Below, piece by piece: positions 39,654 to 48,905 of a DNA stretch of 64,000 bases (the stretch's first letter is position 1; each line of letters opens with the position of its first letter). The position numbers and the translations under genes were made by a program. The notes beneath the pieces were generated by a model. The model did no database searches, was not told the DNA's origin, and saw only the letters and a list, made by a program, of their open reading frames with translations. This stretch comes from Roseococcus sp. (lineage in GTDB: Bacteria; Pseudomonadota; Alphaproteobacteria; Acetobacterales; Acetobacteraceae). The DNA is taken from positions 6,165 to 70,164 of the forward strand of contig JBHYCX010000011.1 in the NCBI GenBank assembly GCA_051861325.1, read 5' to 3'.

Positions 39654-39733
39654 CCCTCGCGGCCAGCCGTTGTGACAAGTTTTGATACCAAACCGCGCGA
39701 GGCCTTAACCCTCCCGGCCGCTATATTCGCGCC

Positions 39734-40510
39734 ATGACCTTCGCGACCCCACACGACCAGCTCCCCGTCCTCGATGCCACGGCGCCCTGCCACATCGTGG
39801 TGGTCGAGGATGACCGCGAGATCGCGCAGCTCATCAGCAGCTACCTCGCCCAGCATGGCGTCACCGTGACGCGCGCGGCGAGTGGGCGGCAGTTGCGCCG
39901 CGTGCTGGTCCACCAGAGCACCGACCTCATCCTGCTCGACATCATGCTGCCCGATGATGATGGCCTCGCCATCTGCCGCAACCTGCGCGCCGCCCCCGAG
40001 ACCTCGGCCATCCCGATCATCTTCGTCTCCGCCCTCAGCAGCCAGGTGGACCGGGTGCGCGGGCTCGACACCGGTGCCGATGACTACCTGGTGAAGCCCT
40101 TCGGCCCGGAGGAGCTGCTCGCCCGCATCCGCGCCGTGCTTCGCCGCAACACGCTGCTGCAACGCCGCGGCGAGGCCGAGCGCGCCGTGCTGGAGGCCGA
40201 GGGGCTGCGGCTCGATCTGCGCCGCCACGCGCTCTATGGGCCGGGCGGGGCGCGCGTGGCGCTGACGACGATGGAACTTGCCCTCCTCACCATCTTCATG
40301 CGCCACCCGCAGACCGTCCTCTCGCGCGACCAGATCTCGACGCGGCTGCATGGCCGCAACCTGGAGCCGCTGGACCGCACGATCGACGTGGCGGTGAGCC
40401 GCCTGCGCCGCAAGATCGAACCCGACCCGGAGGCACCGACCGTGATCGAGACGGTGCGCAATGGCGGCTATGTCTTCACGCGCCCGGTGCGCGCGCCGGC
40501 GGGGGAATAG
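39734..40510 (+). CDS. OmpR family response regulator
   Basis: VEDD, LLDIMLP, GADDYLVKPF, ETVRNGGY. Confidence 0.94.
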   Translation: MTFATPHDQLPVLDATAPCHIVVVEDDREIAQLISSYLAQHGVTVTRAASGRQLRRVLVHQSTDLILLDIMLPDDDGLAICRNLRAAPETSAIPIIFVSALSSQVDRVRGLDTGADDYLVKPFGPEELLARIRAVLRRNTLLQRRGEAERAVLEAEGLRLDLRRHALYGPGGARVALTTMELALLTIFMRHPQTVLSRDQISTRLHGRNLEPLDRTIDVAVSRLRRKIEPDPEAPTVIETVRNGGYVFTRPVRAPAGE

Positions 40511-40513
40511 GCC

Positions 40514-41824
40514 ATGCGCCGTCTGCTCTTCGGCAGCACCGCGCGCCAGGTCGCCTGGGTGGTGGGGCTGGCCACGCTCTCCTCCAACCTGCTGGTGCTG
40601 GGCGTCTGGGTGATGCTCTCGCCCGGCAGCATCATGCCCGGCTCGGTCCGGGCCTTCGCGGCCGAGGTGGTGACGATCTTCGAGATGATCGAGCGCGCCG
40701 ACCCGGCCGAGCGGCCGGCCCTCATCGCCGCCGTCGGGCCCGAGATGCTGCGCGTGCAGCCGGTGGGGGAGTTCACCCAGGGTGGCCGCTTCGACAACAT
40801 CCTCACCCGCGCCCTGCTGGAACGCGCGGCCGAGCGGGGCGTGAACGCGAATGTCCGGGCGGTCTCGCCCAGCGGTGATCCCCGGCGGGACCTCGTCGTC
40901 ATGATCGGCAGCCCCGCGGCGGGCAATTGGCGCTTCGACCTGCCCGAGGCACGGACGCGCCTCGTGGTGCCGAACCTCGCTTTGCCGCCCACCACCCTGC
41001 TGCTGCTGCTGGGCGTGCCCCTGCTGCTGGTGCTGCTCTGGATGGCATCACGCGTCACGCGCCCGCTGGAGCAGCTGGCCCGCCTTGCCGGCTCGCTCGG
41101 CACGGCCGGCCACGGGACCGTGCTGCCGGAAGTGGGCACCAGCGAGATCCGCCAACTCACGCGCGCCATCAACGGCCTGCTGGTGCGCCTGCGCGAGGAT
41201 GTGGCCGAGCGCGCCCGCATCCTGGCCGGCGTCAGCCACGACCTGCGCACGCCGATGACGCGGCTGCGCCTGCGGCTGGAGACCGTGCCTGGCGAGGAGG
41301 TGCGTGCCCGCCTCGGCGCCGACCTGGCGCAGATGGAGCGCATCGTCGGCGCCTCCCTCGCCCTGCTGGAATCCGATCTGCGCGAGGAGGAGGCCGAGCC
41401 GCTGGACCTGGCCGCGCTGGCCGGCACGGTGCGCGACCAGTTCGCCGATGCCGGCCACCACGTGACCTATGAGGGCCCGCTGCACCTCGTGCTGCGCGCC
41501 CAGCCCTGCGCGCTGGAGCGCGCGCTGACCAACCTCGTGGACAATGCCTGCAAGCATGCCGGCAGTGCGCATATCCGCCTGGAGGAGCAGGCCGACGCGG
41601 TCTGCCTCACCGTGGAGGATGCCGGCCCCGGCATCGCCGAGGTGGACCTGCCGCACATGACCGAGGCCTTCCGCCGCCAATCCAGCGCCGCCGATGGCTT
41701 CGGCCTCGGCCTCGCCATCGTGGCGAGCGTGGCGCGCGCGCATGGCGGGCAGCTCCGGCTGCGCAACCGGGAGCCGCATGGCCTCTCCGCCGAACTCCGG
41801 CTGCCGGTCCTGGTCGCCGTGTGA
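40514..41824 (+). CDS. Sensor histidine kinase (HAMP, HisKA, HATPase)
   Basis: 2 TM, SHDLRTP, NLVDNA, DAGPG, GFGLGLAIV. Confidence 0.94.
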   Translation: MRRLLFGSTARQVAWVVGLATLSSNLLVLGVWVMLSPGSIMPGSVRAFAAEVVTIFEMIERADPAERPALIAAVGPEMLRVQPVGEFTQGGRFDNILTRALLERAAERGVNANVRAVSPSGDPRRDLVVMIGSPAAGNWRFDLPEARTRLVVPNLALPPTTLLLLLGVPLLLVLLWMASRVTRPLEQLARLAGSLGTAGHGTVLPEVGTSEIRQLTRAINGLLVRLREDVAERARILAGVSHDLRTPMTRLRLRLETVPGEEVRARLGADLAQMERIVGASLALLESDLREEEAEPLDLAALAGTVRDQFADAGHHVTYEGPLHLVLRAQPCALERALTNLVDNACKHAGSAHIRLEEQADAVCLTVEDAGPGIAEVDLPHMTEAFRRQSSAADGFGLGLAIVASVARAHGGQLRLRNREPHGLSAELRLPVLVAV

Positions 41825-42867
41825 TGCGCCGCACATTCCGATGGTTCCTGCTCGCTGGCGCAATGGCCGCCGCGGGGCTGGCGGTGCTCGCCCTGCGCGA
41901 TGCGCCGGTCCCGGCCGCCGCCTCGGCGCTGGAGGCCCCGCGCCTGCCGGTGGCGCTCGGCCGGATCGAGCCGGTGAGCGAGGTCATCACCCTGGCCCCG
42001 CCCCAGGGCAGCCGCAGCAGCCGGATCGCGGAGCTGCATGTGGCGCAGGGCGAGCGCGTGGCGCGTGGCCAGGTGCTGGCGCGCATGGACAATGCCGCCT
42101 CCCTCGCCGCCGCGTTGCGCCAGGCGGAGGTGACGCTGGCCCAGCGTGAGGCGCGCCTGGCCCAGCGCCTCGCCGAGCTGGAGACCGAGGAGGCCTCGCT
42201 GGCCGCCGCGCTGGAACTGGAACGCGCGACCCGCAACCGCGCGCGCTGGGAGCTGGAGCGCATGCTGCGGCTGGAGCGCGGCGGCGTCTATCGGGATGCC
42301 GCGCTGATCGACAAGCGCCTGGCCCTGGAAGCGGCGGACCAGCGCGTGATCTCCGCCGAATTGGTGCTGGCCCGCGCGCAGCGCCGCGATGGCGAGGGCC
42401 GCCGGCTGGAGGAGGCGGTGCTGCGCGGCGAAGCCGCCATGGCCGAGGCCAGCGTGCAGCAGATGCGCGCCGAGCTGGAGATGGCCACGCTGCGTTCCCC
42501 CATCACGGGAACGGTGCTGCGGCTCAATGCGCGCCCCGGCGAGGTGGCGGGCAATGACGGGCTGATGCTGCTGGGCGATCTCAGCCGCATGCGCGTGCGC
42601 GCCGAGGTCTTCGAGAGCGACATCGCCGGCATCGCGAGCGGCCGCCCGGTGCGCGTCATGAGCCGCGCCCTGGCCGAGCCGCTGGCGGGCGAGGTCGAAT
42701 GGATCGGCCTGCGCGTGACCCGCCAGACCCTGGTGCGCGAGGACCCGGCGGCCACGCTGGATGCGCGCATGGTGGAGGTGATGGTGGCGCTCGATACCGC
42801 CGCATCCGCCCGCGCCGCCGGCTTCACCGGCCTGCAGGTGCGTGTGTTTTTCGAGGGCGCGCCGTGA
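41824..42867 (+). CDS. Membrane-fusion (HlyD family) protein, DevB-like
   Basis: ALGRIEP, biotinyl-lipoyl-like V..GERV..GQ, coiled coil, VRAEVFESD, RMVEV. Confidence 0.87.
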   Translation: MRRTFRWFLLAGAMAAAGLAVLALRDAPVPAAASALEAPRLPVALGRIEPVSEVITLAPPQGSRSSRIAELHVAQGERVARGQVLARMDNAASLAAALRQAEVTLAQREARLAQRLAELETEEASLAAALELERATRNRARWELERMLRLERGGVYRDAALIDKRLALEAADQRVISAELVLARAQRRDGEGRRLEEAVLRGEAAMAEASVQQMRAELEMATLRSPITGTVLRLNARPGEVAGNDGLMLLGDLSRMRVRAEVFESDIAGIASGRPVRVMSRALAEPLAGEVEWIGLRVTRQTLVREDPAATLDARMVEVMVALDTAASARAAGFTGLQVRVFFEGAP

Positions 42868-44021
42868 TCCGCGGCCGGACCCCCCTTGGTTGGATCCAGC
42901 TCGCCGACCAGCCCGGCCGCTTCGCCATGGCCCTGGCCGGCGTGATGGTCGCGGTGATGCTGGTCTTCATGCAGCTCGGCTTCATGAACATGGTCTTCGA
43001 CACCACGGTCATGGTGCATCGCATGCTGCGCGCCGATCTCGTGCTGGTCAGCCCCGTCGCGCGGGACATGGCCGCCACCGGCACGATCCCGCGCCGGCGC
43101 CTGGTGCAGGCGCTGGGCGTCGAGGGCGTCGCGGATGGCGAGGCGCTGCACGCCATGACGCGCGACTGGATCAAGCCGAATGGCGAGCGCGGGACGCTGC
43201 TGCTGCTCGGCGTGCGGCCGGATTTCGACGCCTTTCGTGACCCCGAGATCACCCGCCAGCAGCATTTGCTGGCCCAGCCCGGCACCATCCTGCTCGATTC
43301 CGGCGCACGGGGTGACTACGGCGCCGTGCTCGCCGGCCTCGCGCGCGGCGAGGACTGGACGACGGAGATGGGCGGGCGGCGCGTGGCCGTCGTCGGGCAG
43401 TTCCGCCTCGGCGCCTCCTTCGGCAATGAGGGGCTGCTCATCGCCTCGGATGACACGCTGCAGGCGCTGGCGCTCAACCGCGACCCCGGCGCGCCCAGCC
43501 TCGGCTTGTTGCGCCTCTCGCCGGGCGCCGACCCGCAGGCGGTGAAGGTGCGCATCGCGGCCGTGCTCGACCCCGGCGACACGCGGGTGATGACGCTGGA
43601 GGAATTCGTCCAGCACACGCGCGGCTTCATGGTGCGCAATTCGCCCATTGCCATCGTCTTCGGCTTTGGCCTCGTCGTGGGACTGGTCGTGGGCGCCATG
43701 GTCGTGGCCCAGATCCTCACCGCCGATGTGCAGGAGCACATGGCCGAATACGCCACCTTCAAGGCGATGGGCTTCAGCAACGGGCGCATCCTCGCCATCG
43801 TCTACGAGCAGTCGCTGATCCTGGCGGCACTGGGCTTTCCGGCGGGGCTCGGCCTCGCGCTCGTGATCTACGAGTGCATCCGCTGGGCGGTCTCCATGCC
43901 CATCGCCATGCCGCTGGAGCGCGTGGTCATCGTCTTCCTCGCCACGCTGGCCATGTGCGCCCTGGCCGGCACGCTCGCCACCCGCCGCGCCCGCCGCGTG
44001 GACCCGGCGGAGGTGTTCTGA
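42864..44021 (+). CDS. ABC permease, DevC-like (FtsX family)
   Basis: LGWIQL, LVFMQLGF, F.LGASFG.EG, EYATFKAMG. Confidence 0.88.
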   Translation: MIRGRTPLGWIQLADQPGRFAMALAGVMVAVMLVFMQLGFMNMVFDTTVMVHRMLRADLVLVSPVARDMAATGTIPRRRLVQALGVEGVADGEALHAMTRDWIKPNGERGTLLLLGVRPDFDAFRDPEITRQQHLLAQPGTILLDSGARGDYGAVLAGLARGEDWTTEMGGRRVAVVGQFRLGASFGNEGLLIASDDTLQALALNRDPGAPSLGLLRLSPGADPQAVKVRIAAVLDPGDTRVMTLEEFVQHTRGFMVRNSPIAIVFGFGLVVGLVVGAMVVAQILTADVQEHMAEYATFKAMGFSNGRILAIVYEQSLILAALGFPAGLGLALVIYECIRWAVSMPIAMPLERVVIVFLATLAMCALAGTLATRRARRVDPAEVF

Positions 44022-44725
44022 TGTGGGCGATCCGCGCCGAAGGGCTGCGCCATGCCTACCAGGATGGCGGTGCGCGCATGCTGGCGCTGGCCGACATCCA
44101 CCTCACCATTCCGGCGGGCGAGATCCTCTTCCTCACCGGCGCCTCGGGCTGCGGCAAGACGACGCTGCTGACGCTGATGGGCGCGTTGCGCTCGGTGCAG
44201 CAGGGGCAGCTCGAGGTGCTGGGCCATGCGTTGCATGGCGCGGATGAGGCGGCGCGCGTCGCGTCCCGCCGCCGCACCGGCTTCGTCTTCCAGCACCACA
44301 ACCTGCATCGCAGCCTGACCGCGCTGCAGAACGTGCTGGTCGGGCTGGAGGCGCGCGGTCAATTGTCCCGGCCGGATGCGGAGGCACTGAGCCTCGCGGC
44401 CCTCGCCGAGGTGGGTCTCGCCGGGCTGGAGCATCGCCGCCAGGCGCAGCTTTCGGGCGGGCAGCGCCAGCGCGTGGCCCTGGCGCGCGCCATGGTCGGC
44501 GCACCGCCCTTGCTGCTGGCCGATGAGCCGACCGGCGCGCTCGACACCGCCACCGGCCTCGAGATCATGGCGGTGATGCGCCGCCTGGCCCGCCGCCAGG
44601 GCACCAGCGTCGTCGTCGTGACGCATGACCCGCGGCTGCATGACTTCGCCGACCGCGTCCTCGCCATGGAGGATGGCCGCATCCTCCCCGCGACCGTCCC
44701 GAGAGGAGCCCCTGCCCATGCCTGA
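44021..44725 (+). CDS. ABC ATP-binding protein, DevA-like
   Basis: GASGCGKTT, FQHHNL, LSGGQRQR, ADEPTGALD, VTHD. Confidence 0.92.
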   Translation: MWAIRAEGLRHAYQDGGARMLALADIHLTIPAGEILFLTGASGCGKTTLLTLMGALRSVQQGQLEVLGHALHGADEAARVASRRRTGFVFQHHNLHRSLTALQNVLVGLEARGQLSRPDAEALSLAALAEVGLAGLEHRRQAQLSGGQRQRVALARAMVGAPPLLLADEPTGALDTATGLEIMAVMRRLARRQGTSVVVVTHDPRLHDFADRVLAMEDGRILPATVPRGAPAHA

Positions 44726-45344
44726 CCGCCGCCTTTTCCTGCTGGGGGGCGCCGGCCTGGCGCTCACCGCCTGCGCCGACACCCGCGCGACCTCGACCGG
44801 CTTCCTGCCAGGCCATGAGACGCTGCGCCCGCCGGAGAACGACCCCGAGGGCGATCGCAGCTACCGCCGCGCCAATGCGCCGCGCACCGGCTGGCGCGGC
44901 TACCGCATCGAGACCGTGGCCTGGCGCCCGGCCCCCACCGTGCCCGCCGGATTGCCGCCCGAGGATATCGAGGCCGCGCTGGCCGGCTATCGCGCGGCGC
45001 TCGACGAATTCTTCGGCGAGCGGCTTCCCGTGGCGGAGGCCGGCCCCGGCGTGATCCGCATCCGCGCGGCGGTGACCGATATCCGCTGGTCCATCCCGGT
45101 GCTGAATGTGCTGGTGATGGCGGTGGTGAGGGTGCCGCCCACCTCCGGCGGTGCCAGTTCGGAGAGCGAGGTGGTGGACGATACGACGGGCGAGCGGATC
45201 GCGGCGCTGGCGGCGTACAACAATGGTGGGCGCAGCTTCCTCGGCGGCCCCTTCGGCTTCATGTCGGAATACGGCCATGCGCGCCGCGCGCTGCGGCTGC
45301 AGGCCCGCCGCCTGCGCGACCTCACGCTGGGGGATGCGGCGTGA
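44718..45344 (+). CDS. Lipoprotein, DUF3313-like
   Basis: RR + LTAC lipobox, TGFL, IRAAVTD, GGAS.E.EVVD..TGERIAA. Confidence 0.75.
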   Translation: MPDRRLFLLGGAGLALTACADTRATSTGFLPGHETLRPPENDPEGDRSYRRANAPRTGWRGYRIETVAWRPAPTVPAGLPPEDIEAALAGYRAALDEFFGERLPVAEAGPGVIRIRAAVTDIRWSIPVLNVLVMAVVRVPPTSGGASSESEVVDDTTGERIAALAAYNNGGRSFLGGPFGFMSEYGHARRALRLQARRLRDLTLGDAA

Positions 45345-45568
45345 GATGGGCGCTCGCCGCGCTGCTCCTGGCCTCCACCGCCCAGGCACAGCCGAGCAGC
45401 TCGCGCGAGGCGGTGCGGGCGGCCTGCGACGCCGATGTCCAGCGCTTCTGTGCCGCGGCGGCCGGCAATCCCTTCCGCCTCCGCCCCTGCATGCGCGAGA
45501 ATTTCGCGCGTCTCCAGCCCGCCTGCCAGGCCGCGCTCAGCGCGGCCGGGATGGCGCCGGAACGCTGA
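45341..45568 (+). CDS. Small secreted four-cysteine protein (cysteine-rich repeat type)
   Basis: Signal peptide, ACDADVQRFC...C......L.P.C; GTGA overlap with upstream gene. Confidence 0.8.
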   Translation: MRWALAALLLASTAQAQPSSSREAVRAACDADVQRFCAAAAGNPFRLRPCMRENFARLQPACQAALSAAGMAPER

Positions 45569-45569
45569 G

Positions 45570-46760
45570 CTAAAGCCCCGCCTCCTCCAGCCGGAAGACC
45601 GAGCGCGCCAGCGCCTGGGCGCGCGGCACCAGGCTTGCGACCTCCAGATATTCCTCCGGGCTGTGCGCGAGACCACCGACGGGCCCGACGGCGCAGATCG
45701 TGGGTGCGCCCTGCGCCGCGGTGAAGCCGCTATCGGCGCAACCGCCGGAGAACTCGCCCTTCACGTCGAGCCCCGCATCTGCGGCCGCGCCCTTGTAGAG
45801 GTCGAACAGCTTCGCCGCCGCCGCATCCTGCGTCAGCGGCAGAAACTCGCCCTTGATGGTGAGCTTCGCCTTGGTGCCGGGCACGTAGGAGGTCGCGATG
45901 ATCTCGTGCAGCCTGGCCACGATCTCGTCCCGATCGGCCGGGTTCACATAGCGCAGGTCAATCTGCCCCACGGCCGAGGGGGCCACCGTGTTCACGCTCT
46001 GCCCGCCGGAGACGAGGCCCACATTGAGCGTGATCCCGCGCTCCAGATCGGTCAGCGCGTGGATGGCCACGATCTTGTGCGCAAGCTCGCCGATGGCGGA
46101 GATGCCGGCGGTGAAGTTGCCGCCGGAATGCGCGGCCTTGCCCTCGATCTCAAACACCGAGAACACGCCGCCCTTGCGCCCCGTCACCACACCGCCGGAC
46201 GGACGGCCGGGCTCCGAGTTGAAGACGACGCGCGCGCCGCGCGCCTCCTCCTCGATCACCGCGCGGCCCTCGGGGCTGCCGATCTCCTCATCGCCGGTGA
46301 AGAGGCCGACCATAGGGCCAGGTGCTCCGCCAAATTTCTTGAAGGCGGCGAGGACGAACATGTTCATCACGAGGCCGGCCTTCATGTCCGCCACCCCCGG
46401 CCCATAGGCGCGGCCATCGCGGACGGTGAAGGGGCGGCGCTCCGGCTCGCCCTTGGGGAAGACGGTGTCGCGGTGGCCCATCAACACGATGTTCTGCGCG
46501 TGATTGCCGCGGGCACGGGCGGTTCCCTCATGCGGGAGGATGGCGCGGATGCAGTCGCCGAACTTCTCCCCGCGCACTGTCTCCACCGTGAGGCCATGGC
46601 CCTCGCAGAACTCCTTCACGATGGCGCCCACGGCATCCACGCCAGCCTTGTCGTAGCTGCCGCCATCGGTGTTCACCATCGCCTGGAGCGCATCGAGCAT
46701 GGGCTGCTGCTGGGTGGCGAGCCAGGCGGTGATTTCGGTCTCGGTGCTTGCGGTGCTCAT
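45570..46760 (-). CDS. M20 family metallopeptidase (glutamate carboxypeptidase-like)
   Basis: GHRDTV, GPGVADMKAG, DEEIGS, SEP, AAHSG, AHSPEE. Confidence 0.9.
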   Translation of the reverse strand: MSTASTETEITAWLATQQQPMLDALQAMVNTDGGSYDKAGVDAVGAIVKEFCEGHGLTVETVRGEKFGDCIRAILPHEGTARARGNHAQNIVLMGHRDTVFPKGEPERRPFTVRDGRAYGPGVADMKAGLVMNMFVLAAFKKFGGAPGPMVGLFTGDEEIGSPEGRAVIEEEARGARVVFNSEPGRPSGGVVTGRKGGVFSVFEIEGKAAHSGGNFTAGISAIGELAHKIVAIHALTDLERGITLNVGLVSGGQSVNTVAPSAVGQIDLRYVNPADRDEIVARLHEIIATSYVPGTKAKLTIKGEFLPLTQDAAAAKLFDLYKGAAADAGLDVKGEFSGGCADSGFTAAQGAPTICAVGPVGGLAHSPEEYLEVASLVPRAQALARSVFRLEEAGL

Positions 46761-46836
46761 GGATCCGTACCCTCAAATTGCTTGACGCACTTATCGCGCC
46801 CAGGGACCATCGAACCATCATCCCAAGGAATTTGCG

Positions 46837-47820
46837 ATGTCGCGACCCGGTTTTTTTTGGCCTGCTCTCGCCTTGACCGGCGCTCTGCTCGCCCAGGCCG
46901 CCCCCGCCCTGGCGCAACCCTGCCCGCTGCAGGCGGGCCGAACGGGGGACTTCGCGACAGCCTTCCGTGCCGATGGCGTCGTGGCCTTCCAATCCAGGCT
47001 CGCGGTCAATGCCGATGGGGCGCCCAACACCTATCATCGCGTCCTTGGCCCCACGACGGTCGATCCGGGACTTCTGCACATCTGCAACGGGGCCTCGGTG
47101 CTGGAACGCGGGCCCGATGGCAGGATGGTCAACCGCTATCCGGACTTCTCGGTGCACGGCACGTCGGAGCGGTGTAAGGCGGACTTCTTTCGCCTCCAAC
47201 AGGCCGGGTTCCCCAGTTGTGATACCGGAGAGTGCCTGCGGATCTTCGGCTTCTACGCGCCGCCGCGCAGCTGCGGTCCGGGGTGGCGCCAGCAATGCGG
47301 GGTGCCACCGCCTGCCCTCGACGCCAATGGCTCGCCCACGCCCTATTTCGTCAGCACCACCTCCCTCGGCGATCCGAGATACCAGCCGACCGATCCGCGC
47401 CGGTATCTCGATGCGCGCACCGTCCCGCACTTCGTCCTGCCCGCCGGTGAGGACGGCCCCTTCGGCCTGCAGCATGGGGTGCGCTTGGGCGACATCGCCC
47501 TGATCGTGAGCGGCGGCCGGGCTGTCTTCGCGGTTTTCGCGGATGCGGGGCCGGGCGACAAGCTTGGCGAAGCTTCTCCCGCCGTGCTGAACCGCCTGCG
47601 CGGCCAGCCCGACAGCCTGACCCGCCGGCCCCGTGCCATGGATGCTGGCGTGACGACGCTGATCCTGCCCGGAAGTCGCAGCCTCCTGGCCGAGATGCCG
47701 CCGCGCAGCGCGGCCGTCATCGCGGAGGCTGGCCGCCGCGCGCTTATGGCGGTGGGCGGCCAGGAGGCATTCCGGGGCTGCGCCGGGCTCGCCGGGCCCT
47801 ATGTGATCGCCAGCGAGTAA
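46837..47820 (+). CDS. Secreted GH75 (chitosanase)-like protein
   Basis: Signal peptide, VNADGAP..YH, VSTTSL, RYLDA..VP.FVLP, VFAD...LGEAS. Confidence 0.6.
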   Translation: MSRPGFFWPALALTGALLAQAAPALAQPCPLQAGRTGDFATAFRADGVVAFQSRLAVNADGAPNTYHRVLGPTTVDPGLLHICNGASVLERGPDGRMVNRYPDFSVHGTSERCKADFFRLQQAGFPSCDTGECLRIFGFYAPPRSCGPGWRQQCGVPPPALDANGSPTPYFVSTTSLGDPRYQPTDPRRYLDARTVPHFVLPAGEDGPFGLQHGVRLGDIALIVSGGRAVFAVFADAGPGDKLGEASPAVLNRLRGQPDSLTRRPRAMDAGVTTLILPGSRSLLAEMPPRSAAVIAEAGRRALMAVGGQEAFRGCAGLAGPYVIASE

Positions 47821-47838
47821 AGCCGCGTCCTGGGCGCC

Positions 47839-48801
47839 TCACGACGCCCGGCGCAACAGCCCCGCCTCGGCCGCGCGGGCCCAGCGCGCCGCATCCTCGC
47901 GCATCAGGTTCTGCACGCCGGCGACATCCAGCGCACCGGGCTCCACGGCCAGGGTCCGGAAACGCGCCTGCACCGCCTCGGTCGCGGCGGCCGCATTGGC
48001 CTCGGCATTGATGCGCTCGACCACCTCGGCCGGGATGCGCGCCGGGCCCCAGAGGCCGAACCAGCCCTCATAGCTCGCCGCGCCCAGGCCGAGGCTCGCG
48101 AAGGTCGGCACCTCCGGCAGGAAGGGCGAGGGGCGGGGCGAAGTCACGGCGATGATGCGGATACGGTCGCTCTGCAGCAGCGGCATGGCCGTCGCGGTGC
48201 TGACCCAGGCGAGCGGCAGATGCCCGCCCATCAGGTCCCGCGTGGAGGCGCCGCCGCCGGCATAGCGGATCTCGTTCAGCTCGATCCCGGCGGTCTTCGC
48301 GAATTGTGCGGCGACGACGCCGGAGGCCACATCCGCCGTGCCATGCGCGATGGCGCCCGGCCGCACACGGGCGGCGGCGATCAGCCCCGGCACATCGCGG
48401 AAGGGCGCATCGGCGGCCGCCAGCAGCACGAAGGAGTAGAGCGCGAAGACGGCGATGGGCGTGAAGTCGGTCGCGGGGTCATAGGGCAGGCTCGCCGCCG
48501 TGTGGCGCAGCAGCAGATGCGTCGGGTTGATGCCGGTCAGCGTGTGGCCATCGGGCGCGCTGCGCGCCACCACCTCGCTGCCGATGGCGCCATCGGCGCC
48601 GGGCCGGTTCTCGATGATCATGGGGCGGTTGAGGCGCTGGCCGACCGCTTCCATCACCGCGCGCGTGGTAAGGTCCGTGCCCCCGCCGGCCGCATAGGGC
48701 ACGATGATGCGCACCGGGCGCTGCGGCCAGGCGGGCGCCTGCGCGAGAGCGGGCGTGGCCAGAGCGCCGAGCAGCGCGGTGCGGCGGGTGATTCGGATCA
48801 T
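47839..48801 (-). CDS. Bug/TctC receptor
   Basis: WPQRPVRIIVPY, ENRPGA.G, IRYAGG. Confidence 0.9.
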   Translation of the reverse strand: MIRITRRTALLGALATPALAQAPAWPQRPVRIIVPYAAGGGTDLTTRAVMEAVGQRLNRPMIIENRPGADGAIGSEVVARSAPDGHTLTGINPTHLLLRHTAASLPYDPATDFTPIAVFALYSFVLLAAADAPFRDVPGLIAAARVRPGAIAHGTADVASGVVAAQFAKTAGIELNEIRYAGGGASTRDLMGGHLPLAWVSTATAMPLLQSDRIRIIAVTSPRPSPFLPEVPTFASLGLGAASYEGWFGLWGPARIPAEVVERINAEANAAAATEAVQARFRTLAVEPGALDVAGVQNLMREDAARWARAAEAGLLRRAS

Positions 48802-48877
48802 GTGGTTTCCTCCGTGTTGTTCCCAGTGGGGAATTTTGCCCATCCTGGCTTGACCGGACAAATTTAGCCAGTGCAAA

Positions 48878-48887
48878 CTGTCAACAG
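48878..48887. promoter_or_regulatory. Candidate GntR/FCD operator
   Basis: Near-palindrome CTGTCAACAG in an AT-rich divergent promoter of an operon encoding a GntR. Confidence 0.4.
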
Positions 48888-48905
48888 AATTGAACCGAGG
48901 AAACC

